Both the position numbers and the translations under genes were made by a program. From Candidatus Woesearchaeota archaeon (GTDB taxonomy: Archaea > Nanobdellota > Nanobdellia > Woesearchaeales > SKIA01): a stretch of 64,000 nucleotides of DNA. Positions 21,501-36,500 of the stretch are shown in pieces. Positions within the stretch are counted from its first letter, which is position 1. Each line of letters starts with the position of its first letter. The notes under the pieces are model-generated. The model worked only from the letters and a program-made list of their open reading frames with translations. It was not told where the DNA came from and made no database searches. The DNA lies in the NCBI GenBank assembly GCA_046704725.1, contig JBJKRI010000008.1, positions 1-64,000 of the forward strand, in the 5' to 3' direction.

Positions 21501-24500
21501 TGCATATCAACGACACCGCAGGAATCAGCCTGTCCGGAGCATCGATTAGTGTGGCAGATATATATGGAAACACGCGTGGAACATACTCCACGGGACCGAC
21601 TGGCTGGATCGCAGAACAGAACATCACATACAAAACATACACCTCGAACGGGACTGCAATCAACAATGTCACCTACGATAACCATACCATCACCGCATCC
21701 AAGCCGGGCTATTTCTCGAACAGCACGAGCGTGAACATGTCGTCCAACCAGGATGTGAACCTGACGCTCTACCCGCAGTCGTGCGGAACGCTGACATCCA
21801 GCCTCACGCTCGGCAGGAACCTCAGCGTGAACGGAAGCACGTGCCTGACCATCACGCAGCCAGGAATCACGCTCGACTGCAATGGCTACGGCATCATCGG
21901 GAATCAGGCGAGCGGCACGTATGGAATCCTCGTTCAAGGGGTCACAGGAGTCACACTCAAGGACTGCAACGTCTCGTATTTCGACTACGGCATCTATCTG
22001 AACAACACCAATTCCAGCCTGATCCAGAACGTCTCGGAATACAACAGCAATCACGACGGACTCGAACTCAACGATGCGAACAACAACACCGTAATCGGAG
22101 GGCATTTCGTCGAGAATAGCGCCGCGACCGGCTCGAACCGCATATACCTGACAGGAAACTCCCGGAACAATGTCATCGCCAACGTCACGCCATACGCGCA
22201 CACAAACGGCAACCTCCTCCGCGTGGACAGCGGCTCGAGCGCAAACGCTTTCGAGAACGCGACGCTGAACAGCGGGTACGCGGGGCTCCAATTCAACGAA
22301 CCGAACATCAGTTTCGACAACGCCAGCACGTACAAGAGCGGGCCCATCTACTGGTATTCGAAAGGGAACTTCAAGACCGCCAACCGTTGCCCCGCATCGT
22401 TCGGCAACAAGACCGCGGGCATCCTCTATATGTCCGGTTGCAATGGGGCGCAGATACAGAACGTGACATTCAATGCGTCCTGCGATATCTATGGGCTCTG
22501 GATCGACTCGATGGCCAACGCGACTATCACGAATATCAATGTTTCTGATTCTTGCTTCGGCCTGGCGAGGAACATACAATTGAATTCCGCCCAGAACACG
22601 ACGATGGCCAATGTCGCGGATTCGGGCGGTAGCCTCTACATCGGCTCTGGAACATCGTCCTCGTATTTCAAGAACCTTTCCTTGAACAGCATCTCACTGA
22701 CCTCATCGAACAACGTCTTCAATAACATCACGCTTTCCGGGAACGGCGCGAATCAGAACGTCTACATAAGCAGCGGTTATAGCGCCTCCGCAGTCTTCGC
22801 GAACAGCACTTTCTCGCAGCAATACGCACCGTTACAGCTGGGGCGTTCATACGATAATATCACACTCACGAACGTATCGCTCAACAAGAGCAAGTTCGGC
22901 AGCTACTCCAACACCGGCATCACGTACGCGGGATGGTACCTCACTACCTTCGTGGAGGACACGCACGGCTTCCCGATCCCAGGCTTCACCGTGACAGCGA
23001 AGAACAGCAGCGGGGGCGTGGTCGGAACGGGCGTTACCGGCAGCAACGGACGGGCGATGATCCCTCTCACGCAGTACACGTGGAACGACTCGAACATCAC
23101 GTACGCAGGGAACTACTCGATATCCGTCAGCAAGACAAATTTCACCACCGAGACGCAGAGCGTGAACATGACGAACAACACGCAGCTCAACTTCACCTAC
23201 ACCGGACATGTCTGCGTGAACGAGACCGGGGTATGCTTCGGCACGGTACAGCCCGCCATCGACAATGCGACGGCCGGGCAGACCGTCGTCATCACGGATA
23301 ACGGGACATACGCGGAGACCGTCAATATCAGCAAGAACCTCACGCTCGCGAGCAACGGGACGGGGCTCCCCACAATCCTCGGGGATGACGTTTCCGCTGT
23401 CAATTTCGAGGGGCCTGCGACCGCTATCCTCGTGCGCAGGCTGAACATCAGCCTCGAAGGGAGTGCGGCCAATATCCATGCGATCGACGTCAACACCAAT
23501 CAGGCGCTCAACCTCACCGATGTCGATATCTGGCTCAACGTCACCCGAAGCGGGGCCTACGCTATCCGCCACGGCGGAACGCCGGCCAACAGCTATTTCG
23601 ACCATCTCAATATCACTGCCGTCAACGCGACATGGATGTTCGGTGGATGGGACTCAGGGACCGGCGGCATCTTCATCAACAACAGCCGGTTCGTAGGACA
23701 CTCGGGGATTGCCGTATCAGCTTATGTGATTGGTGGGATGTATAACACCTACGCGAATGTCACGAGTTACGGCTTCGGCACGCATCTCGCCCCCCATGCG
23801 AACATCACGAACGTGACCATCTACTCTCTCAGCGGGTCTCTCGCCTTGGGGGACTATGATACGGTCATCGATGCATATCTCAGCGCATCGTCCGGGTCAG
23901 CGCTAGCCCTTGGCAATTGGACGTATGCCCGGAATCTTACGCTCGTCGCTCCAGGCCATCACGCGATTTACTCGGTCACGGGCTACATGCCCGTCGTCGC
24001 CGACACGAACGTGGTCAGCGGCGATCTGTACATCAACTCCTACCAGACGAACCACACGCCACAGAACATCACGCTTGTCAACACGAGCATCACGCCATCA
24101 CTCGTGGTAGCGGACTTCTGCGACGCCAACGAGATCTGCGCCGGGTACCTGCAGAATTATCTCCACGTGCACGTGAACACGAGCGAACCGGTCACCAAGC
24201 ACATCGGGATAGACAACCAGAGCTCGACGATATTCTCCCTGAAGAACTCGAGCACGGTCTCCATCAGCACGCGGGACGCCAACGACGTCATCGTGGTCCT
24301 GGCGGCAGCGGAGAACGCCTCGGCGTTGGGAAGCACCACGCCGAACGTCTCGTCCATATCGGACACCGCGAACCTGACCTGGTTGAGACGCTCGAACGTG
24401 ACCGTCAGCAATGTTGACGGAGAGGTGTGGTACGCGATTGCCCCGAACGTGCTCAACAATGATAGTATCAATGTCACGTTCAACATCTCTGGAACCGTCG

Positions 24501-27500
24501 ACGATGCATCGCTCCTGGTAATCGCCGTCGCGAACGCGAGCACAACCTCGCCATGGGATTCTGACACCTCGCTCCCTGCTATCAACACCTCAACGACCGT
24601 CAGCATACCGAATGTGTCCGGCGTGTCGACAAGCAACGCAAACGACATGCTCCTCGGATTCCACTTTAGCGGAGGCGCGAGCGGGTCGGCAGTGTCGCAC
24701 CAGTATGCCGGGAGCGGGTTCACGCTGATCAATGATTCCACGAACTATAACGGCTACAACAGTGTTGCCGCTTCGGCAGAGAACAAGACGGTGAACACCA
24801 CGCAATCGAACATCTCGGTGTCTTTCGGGAACACGTCCGCGTCAGGCACGCGGTGGATCATGGTCGCTGACGCCTTGCGACAGGCGCCAGCGGCATCAAG
24901 CATATCCGGTGCGGCAGTCACGGTCACTGACAACGCCGGAACGGTCACGCAGACCAACACGACAGACTCGAACGGGGATATCCAGCGACAGAACGTCACG
25001 TACTACTACGGGGGGCAGGTGCTCGGGACGACAGTGAGAGACTACTACGACAACCACACCATCACCGCGTCGAAGGCCGGTTACTTCTCGAACAGCACGA
25101 GGGTGAACATGTCGAGCAACCAGTACGTGAACCTCACGCTTCGCCCGCAGGCGTGCGGGCCCATGACGACGAGCCTGACGCTCGACGCGAACCTGAGCGC
25201 GAACGGGAGCACGTGCCTGACCATCACGCAGCCGGGAGTAACGTTGGACTGCAACGGATACAGCATCATCGGTAACGAGACTGCGAACACGTACGGTGTG
25301 CTCGCCCAGAATGTTTCTGGAGTGACCGTCAAGAACTGTCAATTCCATAACTGGGGAGAGGCAATCTACGCGAACTACACCAACGACAGCTATTTCACCA
25401 ACGACAGCGTGGGAGAGAATATCGGGAGTTTCCCGACATACTACGAGAACGGCGTGTACTTCTACGCCTCGCACGGGAACGTTCTCTCAGGAGGGAATTT
25501 CACCTACTCGGGTTCTCAAAGCTACTATTCGAGGATCATCCTCACTGGAAACTCGACGAACAACACGGTAGCGAACACCACGCTCTACACGACCAGTGGG
25601 CGGCGCACCGTGAACATAGGATCCAATAGCGAGCAGAACCGTTTCGAGAACGTCTCACTCGAAGGTAACGATGAATATAATATTGGCAATACCAACAACA
25701 GCTTCGACAACGCCAGCACACATGACGGAGCGCCAATCCTCTATTATTCAAAGGGTAACTTCGAACCCGCGAACCAATGCCCCGCCACACTCCATGATAC
25801 CTATGCTGGATTGCTCTTCATGGATGGGTGTGACAATGTCCAAGTGAACAACATCACCATCAACGGCACTGCAGAGTACGTTGGTGTGGAGCTGCGGAAC
25901 CTCAACAACGGCACTTTCACGAACATCAACGAGACGGGTATGGCTTATCTCACCGCAAGTGGGTTCTACCTGTCGTCCGGTGTGACCAACAGCACGTTCA
26001 AGAATATCACGATGAATAAAGGGGCATTCTCCTTCGATTATTCGGACAACAATCTCGTGCAAGGCCTGACCTCGAGCGTGCTTGGGTACACCGCTGCGCA
26101 AGGAAACATCGTGACAAACGGGACGTTCAGCTCCACCAACTGGATCGTGTACGCCACTTCAACTCCAACCGAAAATATCGTCGCGAATAGCACATTCAAC
26201 CCCGCTGCACAGCCACTCTACGTGAATTCCAACTATGGGAACTACACCTTCACGAACGTCTCGCTCAACAAGAGCCAGTTCGGGACGTATACACGCACAG
26301 GAATCACATACGTCGGATGGTATATGATCGCTCAAGTAAACGATACGCACGGCTATCCCATACCTGGATTCACCGTGACTGCAAAGAACAGCACGGGAGG
26401 GACCGTCGGCGTAGGGAAGACTAACGCGGCTGGTCAGGCGTGGATTCCCCTCACGCAGTACTCCTGGAACAACTCCGTTATCAGTTATCAAGGGAACTAT
26501 TCGGTATCCGTGAGCAAGTCGGCATTCTCCACACAGACGCAGTCCGTGAACATGACCAGCAACAAGCAGCTCAACTTCACCTTCCAGGGCCATGTCTGTG
26601 TTAACGAAACCGGAGTGTGCTTCGGGAGCATACAAGCAGCAATCAATAATGCTACTGCCGGTCAGACCGTCGTCATCACGGACAATGGTACCTACAATGA
26701 AAACATTACCATTCCCGCCTCGCTCACCTTGACGAGCAACGGCACCGGATGGCCGACGATCGACGTGACTGGAGCGACGGCTATACAGCTCGGAACAGGG
26801 AGTTACGTCAACATCAGCAAACTCAACGTCAATGATTCCGGCAGTGCGTCCGCCATCTCGGCAATCAGGTCGCAACGCTTCGGGCGGGTGCATCTAACCG
26901 ATCTGAACATATATGTGAATCTGACTGGTTCGGGAGCCACTGGGGGTATCGTCGAATCAAGCAATACAGGATCGTTCTCAACATCTATCATATCAAAGGT
27001 GAATATCTCTGGCGCTGCGGCGGCTGGATTCGACACCGAGAACACTGGTGGAGGCTCTCACCGGGGGAACATCTCTGATGTCCGCGTCGATGGAGATTTC
27101 ACATATGGCATTTATTCTGCATACAACAATAACCTCACGCTCAATCGGGTCAGTGTCAATATCACAGGAAGCGGCAACGGTCTCTTTAAGGCTTCTTCTC
27201 GCATAAATAACAGCAATATCACCGTTACGAGTGGCCACGGCATCTATCTGGATTTTGGTGTGGTGAACAACACCCGGGTCACGACGACAACAGGGACTGC
27301 GATTCAGGCACCACAATCGAATGATAATATCACAGTGCTGAACTCTATCATCAACTCCTCCAGCGTGGGCATTCTACTCGGCGCCTATTGGAACGGAGCG
27401 ACGTACGTCCAATACCTCGCTGTGAACAACACGCAATTCTTCGCGAATCCTGCGATCCAGTTCTGGGAGGACGGACACGGTAACATCTCGCAATACGCGA

Positions 27501-30500
27501 CGATAACCAACTCGACGCAGAACGGTTCGGGCCTCCAGACGGAGGATATAGCGATAGCGGGGTTGGGCAGTTCAGTGCCGTACGTCCACGCATCGCTGCA
27601 AAACCCGCTCGACGCGACAGTAGACAACGGCTCGAGCAGCCCGATAGGCGGCGCGACCGTGAGCGCGACGAACCTGCTCGGATCGCACGTCTTCTCGAAG
27701 AGCACAAGCGTCTCTGGTACGATCTCCACGCAGGACGTTCCGTACCTGCTCGTCGTGTACAATAGCTCGCGCACGAACACGACGCTTACCAACCACACAA
27801 TCACCGCGTCCAAGCCGGGCTACTTCTCGAACAGCACGAGCGTAAATATGAGCGCGAATCGGAACGTCGTGCTCACGCTCTCGCAGCAGAGCTGCGGGCA
27901 GATGACGACGGACCTCACGCTCAATAACAGCCTTTCGATAGATGGCGCCACTTGCCTGACCATCACCCAGCCGGGGGTCACGCTGGACTGCAACGGATAC
28001 AACATCACCGGCAACGACACCGGCGGGACGTCCGGAGTCCTCGTGCAAGGAGTGAACGACGTCACCATCAAGAACTGCAACGTCACCGGATTCTACAACA
28101 GCGTGTACCTCAATAATTCGAACCAGAGCACCGTCCAGAACGTCACCACGAACAGCTATTCCTACTATGGTGTGTTCTTCAATGCCTCTCACGAAAATAC
28201 GATACGCAACAGCTCGCTCGCAGGCGGAGCGAGCCAACCGTCCGCACGCGTATATCTCGCGGGCAACTCCACGAACAACACGTTCGCGAACGATTCGATG
28301 TCCGCTACGGACGGCATGAAATGGGCGTGGATCAATTCAGGGTCGAAATGGAACAGCTTCGAGAACGACACGTTCACCGGCAGTTCAGGATATTTCAATA
28401 TCAACGAACAGAACAACAGCTTCGACAACAAGAGCACAGTGAACGGCGGGTACCTGTACTATTTCACGGACGGCAACTTCAATCCAGCCAATGTCTGCCC
28501 CCCCGCCTTTATGAACATGAACGCCGGATTCGTGTACATGTATGGCTGCTCTAATGTCCTCATCCGGAATATCACCCTCAACTCCTCTCCGACCTATAGA
28601 GGTCTGTGGATCCTCAACGAACAGAACGTGAATATCAGCCGGATTACCGTTACCGATCCGTATTCTTTCGACAGTCCTGTCTTCAGTGTCACTGGTACCG
28701 GTGGGAACTTCACCGACAGCGATGGCGGGGTTGGCTATTTGTCCGTGAGCGCTTCGCATATGCGATTCGACGGCTTAAACGTCTCTGAGATAGCCGCTGG
28801 CGAAGTGGACAATGACCGATTCAACCAATTCCGTATCTCGGGCGGCACCAACGCAATCATCGCTCTGTATTCGAACTTCACACTGACCAACAGCACTATC
28901 GCTCAGAATATGAAGACAGTTGTGCCGAGCTACGGCGGCTACGGAGAGATCAACTTGACGAACGTCTCGCTCAATCAGAGCCAGTTCGGATCGTACAATA
29001 AACCAGGGATCACCAACGTCGGGTGGTATCTCATCGCACAGGTGAATGACACGCACGGATATCCCATCTCCGGTTTCACTGTCACCGCAAAGAACAGCAC
29101 CGGCGGGACGGTCGGCACGGCCACGACCGGAACGAACGGCCAGGCGTGGATTCCGCTCACGCAATACACGTGGAACAACAGCAACATCGCATACAAGGGG
29201 AACTACACGATCTACGCGACCAAGTCAGGATTCGACAATGGATCTGCGACAGTGAACATGACGAACAACACGCAACTCAACTTCACGTTCAAGGGCCATG
29301 TCTGCGTGAACGAGACCGGATACTGCTTCGGCACCATACAGAACGCTATCAATAATGCTACTGCCGGTCAGACCGTCGTCATCACGGACAACGGCACGTA
29401 TACCGAGAGCTTCACGATCGCCAAGGACCTCACGCTCACGAGCAATGGTACCGGTGTCCCGACCATAAGCTCGCATGACGCCACCCTGGCCCATCTTGGA
29501 GCTTACGGCGGGTCCTACATCACCCTTCGAAGGCTCAACTTGAGCATCGATGGGAGCGCGAGCGGCCTGCGCGTTATCTCGTTCGATAACACCCCTGTCG
29601 TCAATCTGACCGACGTGAGCATCTGGGTGAATGACAGCGCCAACGACGCCAGCGCTCTGTATATCAACGGCGCCATGGGCGGTGGGAGCTACTTCAACAA
29701 TCTCAACGTGACCTATGCGTCCGGGGGGAATATGTGGAGCGGCTACGGAACGGCCGGAACGATATACATCAACCACAGCAGATGGATCGGGCCGGTCGGG
29801 CATGTTTGGGGAGCCGTGCAGATAGCGTCCATGGAGAACACCTTCATGAACGTGACGACGGGAAGCGCCTGGGGATTCGCCAATGGGTTCAAGACTGGTG
29901 CCAACCTCACCAACTTGACGCTCTACGGCAAGAATGATGTCATCCAGCTCGGAGATTACAATACGCTCACGGATTCCTATATCAACGCAACGAGCGGGCA
30001 TGGGCTCTATCCGAAGAATCATGATTATATCCAGAATGTGACTGCGGACGGAACGAGCTATGGCATAGACGCGTACCAGGGAGCCAATCAGACCGTCATC
30101 GCCGATTCCCGCATATACAATGGGCTACTCATCGACTCCTACGGATCTAATCAGCCTCCGACAAACATCACGTTTGTCAACACGACGCTCCCACCATCAC
30201 AGATTAGAACGAACCTTTGCGGCGCGAACGAGATCTGCGCCGCATACTTGCAGAACTATCTCCAGGTGCAAGTCAGCGAGAGTGGAGGTTCAGGGATTCA
30301 AGGCGCGACAGTCAGCGTGACGGATAATGCCAGCAGGACTGTGGCGACAGCAACGACGAACGCGAGCGGAGACATACAAAAGCAGAACATCACCTACTAC
30401 TACGGCGGCCTTGTATTGGGGACGACGGAGAACAACTACTATGACAACCACACCATCACAGTATCTAAACCGGGTTACTATTCGAACTCCACAACGGTCA

Positions 30501-33500
30501 ATATGTCCTCCAACCAGAACCTGGTCATCACGCTCTCGGTCAATAGGCCTCCGGTCGTCAAGCAGTTGAGCGTCACGCCGAATCCCGCCGCGAACGGGAC
30601 GACGGTGACAGTCTCCGCGAACATCACCGACAGCGACGGCATCGACACCGCGTCGGCGGAGCTCTATTATCCGAACGGCACGCTCTGGCAGAACCTCACG
30701 CTCTCCAATACGAGCGATATCTGGTCCAACACCTTCAACTCGCTGAACACCACGTATGGGAGCTACACCGTCACCATCTGGGCGAACGACACATACAACG
30801 CCGTCAACGGATCAGAAGGAACGACTTTCTTGACATACGTGAATCTGAGCAATCCAGCCATCATCATCGTGGACGGGTCCACGACGGATTGGCAGAACCT
30901 CTCGTTCGTCACGGACGCGACCCTTGTCGGGAATGGCTATGACATCAAGAACGTGAGCATCGCGCACAGCGCATCCTCCATCTACGCCGTCGTGAACACC
31001 GCCGCGACGCTGGCAGGGCAGTATTACATCTTGCTTGGAACGAACGGGACGGGAGCGTCCACGACGCCGACAGGAGAGACCGCTCCGTTCCCCATCAGCT
31101 ACTACGTGCAAGCGAACAGCACAGGCTGTTCAGTGCGTGACCAGAGCGGCACATCGGTGGGCGGCTGCACGCGATCGATCAGCGGCGACACGCTCGAGGT
31201 CGGCTTCGCACGCAGCCTGGTGGGTGCGAGCCTCAACACCACCATCAACGTCAGCGTGGAATCCGCGAACAGCAGCAGCCAGGATTACGCTCCTGACCTT
31301 CCGAGCTACATTGCATACACGCTCGAATATCCAGTGCTGGACGACGCGACCCTGAACGCAACAGGAACGAATTTCACGACCAGCTCCAACCTAACTGCCT
31401 ATGGAGTCAACGTGTCCGGAGCGACGACCACCATATTCGACTGGCGGAACAGGGGCAGCAGCCTCGCATCATTGTACTTCCCGTTCGACACGAACGTGAC
31501 GAGCAATAGCTCCGGCGCGATAAAGGACTATAGCAACCACGGCAATAACGGATGGCTGGGCGGAGGCACCGCCGGCGATGTCCCGCAATGGACCTCGAGC
31601 GGCGCGAGCGGAGGAGCCTACGTCTTCAACGGAATCAATGACTATATCACCACAACCGCGCAAACGAGCGGTCCCAACGTGTTCAGCCTCTCGCTCTGGT
31701 TCAAGACGAGCCACGCGGGCGGAAAGCTCATCGGCTTCGAGAACACCCAGACAGGCCTCGGGACCTCGTACGACCGTCATATCTACATGGGCGATACCGG
31801 AGTGCTGTATTTCGGGGTCTATCCCGGGAGCGCACAGCTCGTGAACACCACGGCGACCTACGCGGACGGGAACTGGCACTATGTGGTCGCGCAGATGAAC
31901 GGCAGCGGCATGTTCTTGTACGTGGACGGGGTGCTCAAAGCCTCCCGATCGGACATCACCTCCGGTCAGAGCTATAGCGGCTATTGGAAGATCGGCGGCG
32001 GGGCCCTGAACGGCTGGACCTATAAGCCTTCAGACCTGTTCTTCAACGGGACCATAGACGACGTCTCGGTGTATGCACGCGATCTGAGCGCGCAGCAGGT
32101 CGCCGCCCAGTACAATTCCGGCGCGCCACGTCACAACCTTACGGTCAGCCAAGAGCTCACTCCGAACGATCGATGGACCGTGGCCGTGACGCCCAACAAC
32201 GGGGTGCGCGACGGGCCCACAGCGTACACGAACATGCTGCAAGAGTCGGGGCAGACCGTCTGCATCAACGAGACCGGCTACTGCTTCACCACGATTCAAG
32301 CGGCCGTAGACAACGCGACCGCCGGACAAACGGTCGTCATCACGGACAGCGCCACGTACGACGAGAATGTCACGGTCGGAAAGGATCTCACCATCACGAG
32401 CAACGGGACGGGGTACCCACTCGTCTACTTCGCGAACGGGACTGCGATCGACGCGGGAACAAACAACGTCACGCTCAAGCGCCTCCACATCCGAGTGAAC
32501 GGGACGGCGAGCGGCATCGAAGCGGTGAAGATGGACTACGGGACCATCCGGAACGTCAAGTTCGACGGGAACATGGGGGCGAACAGCTACGGCATCTATT
32601 GCGGCGCCCACGACGGGCTCATCAGCCTGACGGACGTGAACTTCACACCCTCGAACGTGACGAGCGCCATGGGCAAGTACTGCAGCTGGATCCTGAACCG
32701 CGTCACCGTGAACGGCACGGTCACCGCGGACGCGATAGAGAAGAGCCAGGCGTACGATGCGAGCGTGCGGATCAAGAACTCCTACCTCAACGCGACGCAG
32801 TACGCGGTCTACGGCAAGCCCACCAATTCCAGTATTAGCAACTCTACCTTGTACGCCAGCCAGTACAACGCCGCGGTCCTCGGGGTCAATGCGTCCATCA
32901 CGGAAAGCACCATAGAGTCCTTCGCGAGCACCGCGCTGTATGTGGGCAATAGCAGCAGCATCACGTTCTCCACGATCACCGGCGGTGGCGGGCATGCATC
33001 GATAAACACGAATGGCGAGAGCCATTGGGGCATCACGGTCTCCGACAGCAACCTAACCTATGTGGAGTACAACGACTTCACCTATGCCTACAACCAGAAC
33101 TTCACGTTCATCAACACGACGCTCAGCTCGAGCGGCACCCCCACCGTGCTGATGACCTGCACCGGAGGCGAGTGCTACGCCTATTTCGCGAACCACTACT
33201 CCCTGCACGTCAATGACACAAGCGGCAATGATATCTCGGGGGCGACAGTGACCATACACGACAGCACCGGCAGGCTCATCGGCAGATGGACGACGGACGC
33301 GAACGGGAACATCCCGAACCAGAACCTCACCGACGCCCTCAAGAAGAACCTCTACGGGACGGCATCTACGGTGTCGTACTCCCCGTACGATGTCTACGTG
33401 TACAAGAGCGGCTATGCGTCGAGCGAGACGTCCGTGGACATGTCGAGCAACCAGCAGGACACCGTGACCCTCACGCATCAGCTCAGCTGCACGATGGTCG

Positions 33501-36500
33501 CATCGACGTCATGCACGAACGGCACCAAGTACCTGGGCGTGATGAACACGAGCGGCGGCTACGACAATGCGCACGCGCAATTATATCCGGACGGCTGGTG
33601 GAACACTAGCTGGGCCTACCGGGAGGAGATCACGTTCGACAACAGCGCGAGCAGCACCAACCTCACGGACTTCCCCGTCATGGTCGTGCTCAATAGCAGC
33701 GACATCAACTACGCGCACGTCGCCACCGGCGGAACGGACCTCCGCTTCGTGGACGGTGACGGATATACGAGCATCCCGTACCAGATCGAGAAGTGGAACG
33801 CGAGCGGGAACAGCTATGTCTGGGTCAAAGTGCCGCAGATAGACGCCGGGAGCACGACGGACCACATCTGGATGTACTACGGGAACTCGACAGTCAGTGA
33901 CGCCCAGAACGCCTCCGCGGTCTGGTCCGACAGCTACGTCGGCGTCTGGCACCTGTCCTCGAACAGCTCGGCGAACGACTCGACGAGCTACGGCAACAAC
34001 GGCGCCGTGATCGGGAGCCCGACGAATACGACGGGAGAGATGGACGGCGCGCTCCACTTCGACGGGAGCGGACAGTACATCGACATCCCCAACGCGTCAT
34101 CGCTCAACTTCGTGAACGCGTCGAACTACACCATCGGCGCGTGGGTCTATCCCGAGTGGACGGAGACCGCGAACCCCGACGCGATCGTCCAGCAACTGGA
34201 CGGGACGGGCAGCGGACGCACCCACCTGTTCATCGACTTGTCGAACACCTACTGCACGACAGGAGCGACGAAGCAGTACATGACGTATGTGGGGAACACC
34301 GCGACGTGCAGCAACGTCTCGGCCGTGAACAACAGCTGGGCGTACGTGGCAGAGACCGTCGTCGAGAACGGGACGAACGATGTCGTGCGCTTCTACGTGA
34401 ACGGCACGCTCGAGAAGACCACGAACGTGAACAGCGAGAGCAACCTCAACGGCTCGTGGCGCATCGGTAGGCACCGCACCTACACGACCTGGGACTTCGA
34501 AGGAAAGATCGACGAGGTCCGGATGTCCGACGTCCGCAGGAGCGGCGACTACATCAAGGCCGAGTATCTCGCCGGAACAGGACAGTTCGCGACGGTGGGA
34601 TCGGAACAAGTGCCGTCGGACGGCATCACCTACAACAACAGCCTGTGCTGCTCTACGGACCAGAACGGCACGCTCGGCACGAGCTGCTCGAGCGGGGACC
34701 AGTTCCTCTCGCTCTATTCGACGGACAACTCCCACGTGCAGGAGACGAGCGTCGGCACATACACCGTGCCCGTCTGCATGAGCTTCTCGGCGGGTACGGT
34801 GAGCTGCAGCTACCAGACCGGCTCGTGCTCGCAGAATAGCAACTGCGTCCTTTCCATGGCCTCGGCGGACAACAGCCACATCGGCGCGTGCGGAGAATAC
34901 AACATCAACGTGTGCTGCACCCTGCCGCCGACACTCACGAGCCTCTTGCTGAACGCTACCTCGACGCGGAACTGGACGACAGACGACTTCAACCTCTGGC
35001 CGCAGGGAGCGCAGGGGTACAGGACGATCATCTACGACTGGTATCTCAACGGCACGCCGTTCGCAATGCTCGACCTGTCGTTCGACACGAATGTGAGCGT
35101 CGCGACGACCGGTGCGATCAAGGACTACAGCGGTAACGGCCACAACGCGACGCTCGGCGGAGGGACCGTGGCCCGGATGCCCACCTGGAATGCGAGCGGC
35201 GCATCAGGAGGGGCATATCATTTCACGAACGGGACGTACATCGATGTGGGCGCCGTGGGCAACTACTCCCGCACCATCGTCTTCTGGCTCCACCCGGACA
35301 CCGCAATCACCGCGACCTCTCCCACACGGCAACTGATCGAGCTCGGAAAACACGTCGCTGACGACTTGGGAGTCCTCATGGGAAGCTCGACGAGCGCGCT
35401 CTCGAACGAGATTATCGAGGTGCGCAGCAGCGCAGGAAAGAGCGGTTGGTGCTCGAGCTCCGGCAGTATCTCGGCGGCCTGGCACCAGTTCGTCGCGGTG
35501 TGGAACGGTACGCGGTACGAGATATACGTGGATGGTGTGCGCAAGGACAATTGCTACCAGGGCACGTCGAGCATCATCAACGCGACCGACGTCTGGGTCG
35601 GGAACTGGCAAAGCGCGCTGAGCAGCGCCTCTAGCGGATTCAACGGTTCCATCGATGACGTACAACTGTTCAACCGATCACTGTCCGCATCGCAGATACA
35701 GAGCATGTACCACAGCGGCACACCATACATGCAGACGATGAAGAGCACCGAGCTCAGCGTGAACGACACGTGGTACGCGACAGGGACGCCGAACAATGGC
35801 TTCACTGACGGTCCGACGGTGACGAGCAACAGCATCACCATCGTTAACAACGCGCCGAACACGCCGACGTTGATGGAACCCGGGAACAACACGACAGTAA
35901 CCACTGCGACACCGTACTTCAACTGGACCAACAGCACTGACCCCAACGGTGATGCGGTCCACTACGAGATCAATATCACAGCCCCATCGGGCTGCGCAGC
36001 GCTTCCCGTGCGCAACGTCACGCCGAGTGAATACACGAGCGTGGACACATTGTGCACGGACAAGTCCTACTACTGGTCGGTGCGGGCCTGCGACAACCTC
36101 CAGTACTGTAGCCCGTGGACGCCGGAATGGAACTTCACGGTGACGAGCGTGGTGAGCATCGACTTTGTCACCAACAACACGGACTTCGGACAGATGGCGC
36201 CATCCACTGCTAGCGTCAACAATACTAACAGCACGCTCGACAACAGTCCCCTGCCGCTTGAGGTCAACAACACTGGGACGGTCGCGGTGAACCTCACCAT
36301 CAAGGCGCTCGGAGCGCTCTGGACGAACGAAGGCCTCAACACGACTTACTTCGAGTACGCGGACGAGAACAGCAGCGACTGGCAGAACGTCACGCTCAAC
36401 TACACGAACCTGACGACGAACCTGAGCGTCGCGCACACGCGGCAGATCGAGATTAACATCACGGTCCCCGTGAACGAGCCGAACGGCGCGAAGCAGAGCA

